The position numbers were made by a program, and so were the translations under genes. A stretch of 26,439 nt of DNA from Bacilli bacterium. GTDB taxonomy: Bacteria; Bacillota_I; Bacilli_A; RF39; UBA660. Positions within the stretch are counted from its first letter, which is position 1. Each line of letters begins with the position of its first letter. Location of the stretch: contig DAOOOU010000001.1 of the NCBI GenBank assembly GCA_035387905.1, positions 1-26,439 of the forward strand, read 5' to 3'. Positions 26,358 through 26,439 of the stretch are shown here, in pieces. Below the pieces are notes generated by a model. It saw only the letters and a program-made list of their open reading frames with translations, made no database searches and was not told the DNA's origin.

Positions 26358-26438
26358 TTATTTGACAATATTTCGTAAATAATCTAAAATGACAACCATC
26401 GCCCAAGTATCTTGTTGGCAGTATTCAATTAGGGCTTT
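26358..26438 (-). CDS. C-terminal end of a probable DUF2779/YprB-like (RNase H-fold) protein; begins outside the window
   Basis: Hand translation KALIEYCQQDTWAMVVILDYLRNIVK*. The L.eYC..DT.AMv motif is recalled from that family; only 26 residues are visible. Confidence 0.55.
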   Translation of the reverse strand, partial: KALIEYCQQDTWAMVVILDYLRNIVK

Positions 26439-26439
26439 T

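Noticed and set aside
1-26439. CRISPR array, IS elements, rRNA, recoding or frameshifted pseudogenes
   Set aside because: No regularly spaced repeats, transposase motifs, rRNA-like segments or broken reading frames were seen; all recognised genes have near-normal lengths.

Overview
AT-rich (roughly 30% GC by eye), gene-dense chromosomal segment of a walled, compact-genome Bacillota/Bacilli bacterium. Genetic code 11 fits every ORF. An RF39/RFN20-like lineage is an inference only. Most genes are on the minus strand and are housekeeping: lepA-hemW-[large repeat membrane protein]-hrcA-grpE-dnaK-[pepF]-dnaJ; femAB-family-lemA-DUF2207-ABC exporter; DUF177-rpmF with divergent tmcAL; cyclophilin lipoprotein-polA-mutM-Fic; an SOS-box-controlled Y-family polymerase; tRNA-Ala(TGC); a two-repeat hypothetical protein; rpoZ; and the 3' end of a DUF2779-like gene. 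No transposase, integrase, CRISPR array or rRNA was seen. The strongest signal is absent from the ORF track. The 211-bp gap upstream of the ABC exporter (12673-12883) holds a sigma-A promoter, a strong RBS, a 22-codon Gln-rich leader ORF, a 14-bp antiterminator and a mutually exclusive intrinsic terminator. Together these look like a complete ribosome-coupled transcription attenuator. Also notable: pepF and a two-fold-duplicated surface protein inserted in the heat-shock cluster, tandem CIRCE operators (one with a 10-nt spacer), and a Fic protein with a non-canonical active-site loop. All family assignments come from motif recognition by eye; no database search was run.
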